The notes beneath the pieces were generated by a model. That model saw only the letters and a list, made by a program, of their open reading frames with translations, did not search any database and had not been told where the DNA came from. Below are positions 52,095 through 64,000 of a stretch of 64,000 nucleotides of DNA, piece after piece (position 1 is the first letter of the stretch; every line of letters begins with the position of its first letter). Made by a program: the position numbers and the translations under genes. The DNA is from Hydrolagus affinis (lineage: Eukaryota), in contig JAAILG010000671.1 of assembly GCA_012026655.1 (NCBI GenBank), positions 1-64,000 on the forward strand. The letters run 5' to 3'.

Positions 52095-55000
52095 CTGGTT
52101 TGAAAAGTTAAAAGATTTTAATGCGCCTCGTCTCAACTTTAGTCATGTTCCAAACGCAACAGTTGGGAAACAGAACAATATGTTCAGCTGCTATGGTCTG
52201 AAAGAACTCTTAGCAATGAAGTTCTAAGCTTACTGAGTGAGTGAGGAAGGTATGTACAGTACAAACAAATACAGATCTGCATTGCATCAATCCCAGTTTA
52301 ATTCTCGCAGCAAACATTAACAGTTAATGAACACTAACAATTCTTTCAAGTGGTTATGTCTTCATCAATTTGATGGGGGTTTTTTTAAAAAAAATTTCAA
52401 ACCTGGCTTATTGCAGACAGGCTGCAACCAACCAACCATTTTTTTTTCCTCACGAACCTTTGTCTCTATGGTAACAGTGCCTACAAAGGGACCAAGCATT
52501 ATTTATACCAAAACAGAATGCTAAACAGCCAACACAACCGTCAGCTCCCTGACAAGGGGAGCAACACTCAAACAATGTGCAAGTTTTTCTATCATCTTTG
52601 GGTTTCTCAATCACACAGTCAACGCTGCACAACTGATGCATGCCATCATACTTTCACAATTTGTCAAATCAGCTGCTTATTTGGACGGAAATCTGTCTGT
52701 GAAGATAGAAATGACAGACCCATGCCTCTTTAACGAGCACAGAGTTTTTTGAAATAAAATGAACAAATTTGCTTGTCAGATTAATATAGAACAATTCAAT
52801 GTAATGTATCGAAAGATGTTTTTCACATTGTTTGAAGGACCAGATACAAAATATACTCAGTGAACAGTGCAATCAGATGATTGGTGCAATCTCAGGATTT
52901 AAAATATATCTCCACACACACACACTTAAATATTATCAATGGCATTCATGAAACATTCCATAAATTATCATTTTATAGAGTATCAAACAAAAGTACTGAT
53001 CAAGTCTTCTGTTCCTGAATGTAAACTGCAACCTTTGCAGTACTGTACTACAGTTTATGCAGGAACATTTATTTATTTGGACTGCCATTATAGTTAAATA
53101 TATTTTATGTTAATTTTGTGTGGTCGACACCTTTTTCGAAATGTTTGCAAATTAAAATGAGCTTTTTTTTAATTCCTCAGTAATTTGCCAATGAAAGCAA
53201 CAACTTGCATTTATAAAGCCTGCCACATGCAGGATAGCGTTAATTTCAAATGTCTCCCCCTCCCACCCTGGATAGCTCTCCAGCACTCTGTCCTGCTTTT
53301 TCCTTCTCCCACTTGCCCCATCCCCTCGGTGGGCTCAGGAATCCTGTATGTCGCTTGTCCTCTCTCTATCTTTGGTGGCTATGCTTTTAGCCACTACACC
53401 CTTGAAACTCTCTCCCTCAATCCCTCCGCCTTGCCACCTCCTTCCCCATTTTCAGGTCAGGTCTAAAGACTTTCCTCTTCAACCGTGCTTGCAGTCACCT
53501 TCTCCCCCTGGCTCAGCGTCAAGCTCCGCCACTGTTAAACCCTCCCAGATGTGACCAGGGTGCTGCATGAATACAAGTTGTTGTTAATCCTTACAGTGCA
53601 GAGAATTACTAGGATACTGTTGTCCAGCAAAACGTAATACGGTACTTCCTAATTCAGAAACACTAATGGGGTGTGTGTGTGGTGTTCTTAATTGAAAAAA
53701 AACAATCTAGATATTTAATAATTGATCAATAGCATTAAATATAATTCGGTACATTCTGTACACATGCAGTAGTTTAAATGTAACTTGGAATTCTGCGATG
53801 CATTTTTTACTGCAAAGTAAGTCAAATAAGGAAATGTCGCTACACTGCAAACTCGCAGGTTGAAGCTTTTGTAGAAAAAATAACTGCACAATAAATTGAG
53901 GTAGTTCAAAATATTTTTGAATAAATAAAATGATTGATCTAGAGAAGAAACTTTACAAGAGCTAACATATCGATACTACCAGATTAGAACAAACCAATTG
54001 GCAAGAATTTAGTAGTGTTGCTTTCCTTTCAATGTTGCCAAAAAAAAATTGCAGTAATTTGTGAACACTGTGAATCAGGAATTGTGCTTTTGAGATGGTG
54101 ACACGCAGAATATTCAAATCAGAATGAAAGTCACACCCAAATACTGCACCTTAAATAATGCTCCTTACAAACATCTGAAACACAATAAATTGATTTTTTT
54201 TTGACATAAGAACAAGTCATCTCCTTTCAAGGGAAACAAATCAGCCTGCACAACATGCATGATTTCCCATAGCACATTTTTACAACACAGCACAATTATA
54301 TCTGCTATAAAGCTCCTTCTCAATAATTCTGAACAAAGATTTATACAGTATTTAAAAATAGACCAAAATATCATATCTTAACAATAGGATTATCCAGGGG
54401 ATTTATTTTAGAGTCTACTGATTATATGGTATCAACAAGGTAAATAAAATCAATGATATAATTTCCATTTTATGGTTACAGTACTGGTAATGTTTCTACA
54501 GCAAATAAATGTGCAGCTATAAATGGGATTTAAGTAAGAAAAATAGTGGCACTCTGATACTGTGTTAATATTCAGCCTGTTGTAAAACCCTTTGGTATAA
54601 TGTGGCCTAACCTAAAGCTCTGAAGTCCTCTGGAACAGTGGCGGCCTGAAGGATATTTGCCTCAAACACCACTGATTAGCAATGTACCTATTCTGATTGA
54701 TTTTTGCTCATGAAAATGCTACAATAAATGAAGGTGAGTTAATTTTGAGTGGAGTGCCCGCTGACAAGCTTGATATTTACGATACTGTTAATATCAACAA
54801 GCTAAAGGGCCGTAAGGGCACTAAGATCACTGAAGACTAATACACTATCACATCACAAAAGTGACAATGACACCCCATTCCTAATGGATGTTGGTGATTA
54901 TAACAGTAAAAGAGAAGTAAGGTGATTCAGAGTGCTTAAATATTCGTTTACATGATTTTATATTCTGCTCATTAAAAATCCTTCAGATTGTCAAAAACAA

Positions 55001-55277
55001 ATGAAAAAATATTTAATTTTTCAATATGATATTTTCAAGTTCTTTTTTGCTGCAGGTCAATTTTGTTACTTATTCTGCACTGCTATATTGTAATAAACTA
55101 TTATTTTTGTCCCAGGGCCACCCTTAACTACACAGTAGTAAGTACAACAGCCACCAAACTCTCGGACATTTGATGGGAAGTGAGCCAGCTATTACTCTAA
55201 ACAAAGATGTGATCTATGATGGTCCCTGGCTGGTTGGGACTGCCCGAATCACTGCCGTGCTGAAACACCAGTGTAAA
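52095..55277 (-). other. UCKL1: Probable UCKL1 3'UTR
   Basis: Downstream of the stop; minus-strand AATAAA at 53068-53073 and ATTAAA at 52117-52122 followed by a GU-rich tract. The end is inferred. Confidence 0.4.
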
Positions 55278-63854
<8,577 letters not shown>

Positions 63855-64000
63855 CTGAGGTGATTACAGTAACAATTCGTTCAGGGTTAAGCAAGTATTT
63901 TTCAATACCACATACAAGAGAAGGGGAAAAAAAAACGTAAAAAAAGAACAATTCATTTGTGCGTCTGTATATTTGGGGCTGCAGCTCTTAATCATCAACA

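Overview
AT-rich, intron-containing jawed-vertebrate genomic DNA. It is probably a cartilaginous fish such as a chimaera or shark; this is inferred from gene content, compact introns and tRNA-SINE/L2/CR1/Deu-SINE repeats, not proven. Four genes can be built exon by exon from GT-AG boundaries. (1) DNAJC5/CSP-alpha (+, 4 coding exons 12548-16458, 198 aa, ~4.8 kb 3'UTR). (2) A muscle RING-finger (MuRF) TRIM gene (+, 24208-34783, ~802 aa, or 827 aa with a cassette exon); it is TRIM55-like in sequence but by position most likely MuRF4/TRIM101. (3) A single-coding-exon CRH-family prepropeptide (-, 36576-37043) whose 41-aa mature peptide is CRH2-type. (4) The 3' half of UCKL1 (-, 55278 to beyond the window end). 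DNAJC5 and UCKL1 are adjacent in human, so this window keeps the MuRF-CRH pair that human lacks at that site. Features not visible in the ORF track: a near-consensus REST/NRSF RE1 site plus CRE and TATA upstream of CRH2, an 'SEEPP' CRH1-like segment inside the CRH2 propeptide, a CArG/E-box/MEF2 module at the MuRF promoter, a 1-kb acidic exon with a 14-aa repeat, a 75-nt cassette exon, two frame-incompatible UCKL1 microexons (17 and 20 nt), and nested or inverted SINE arrangements.
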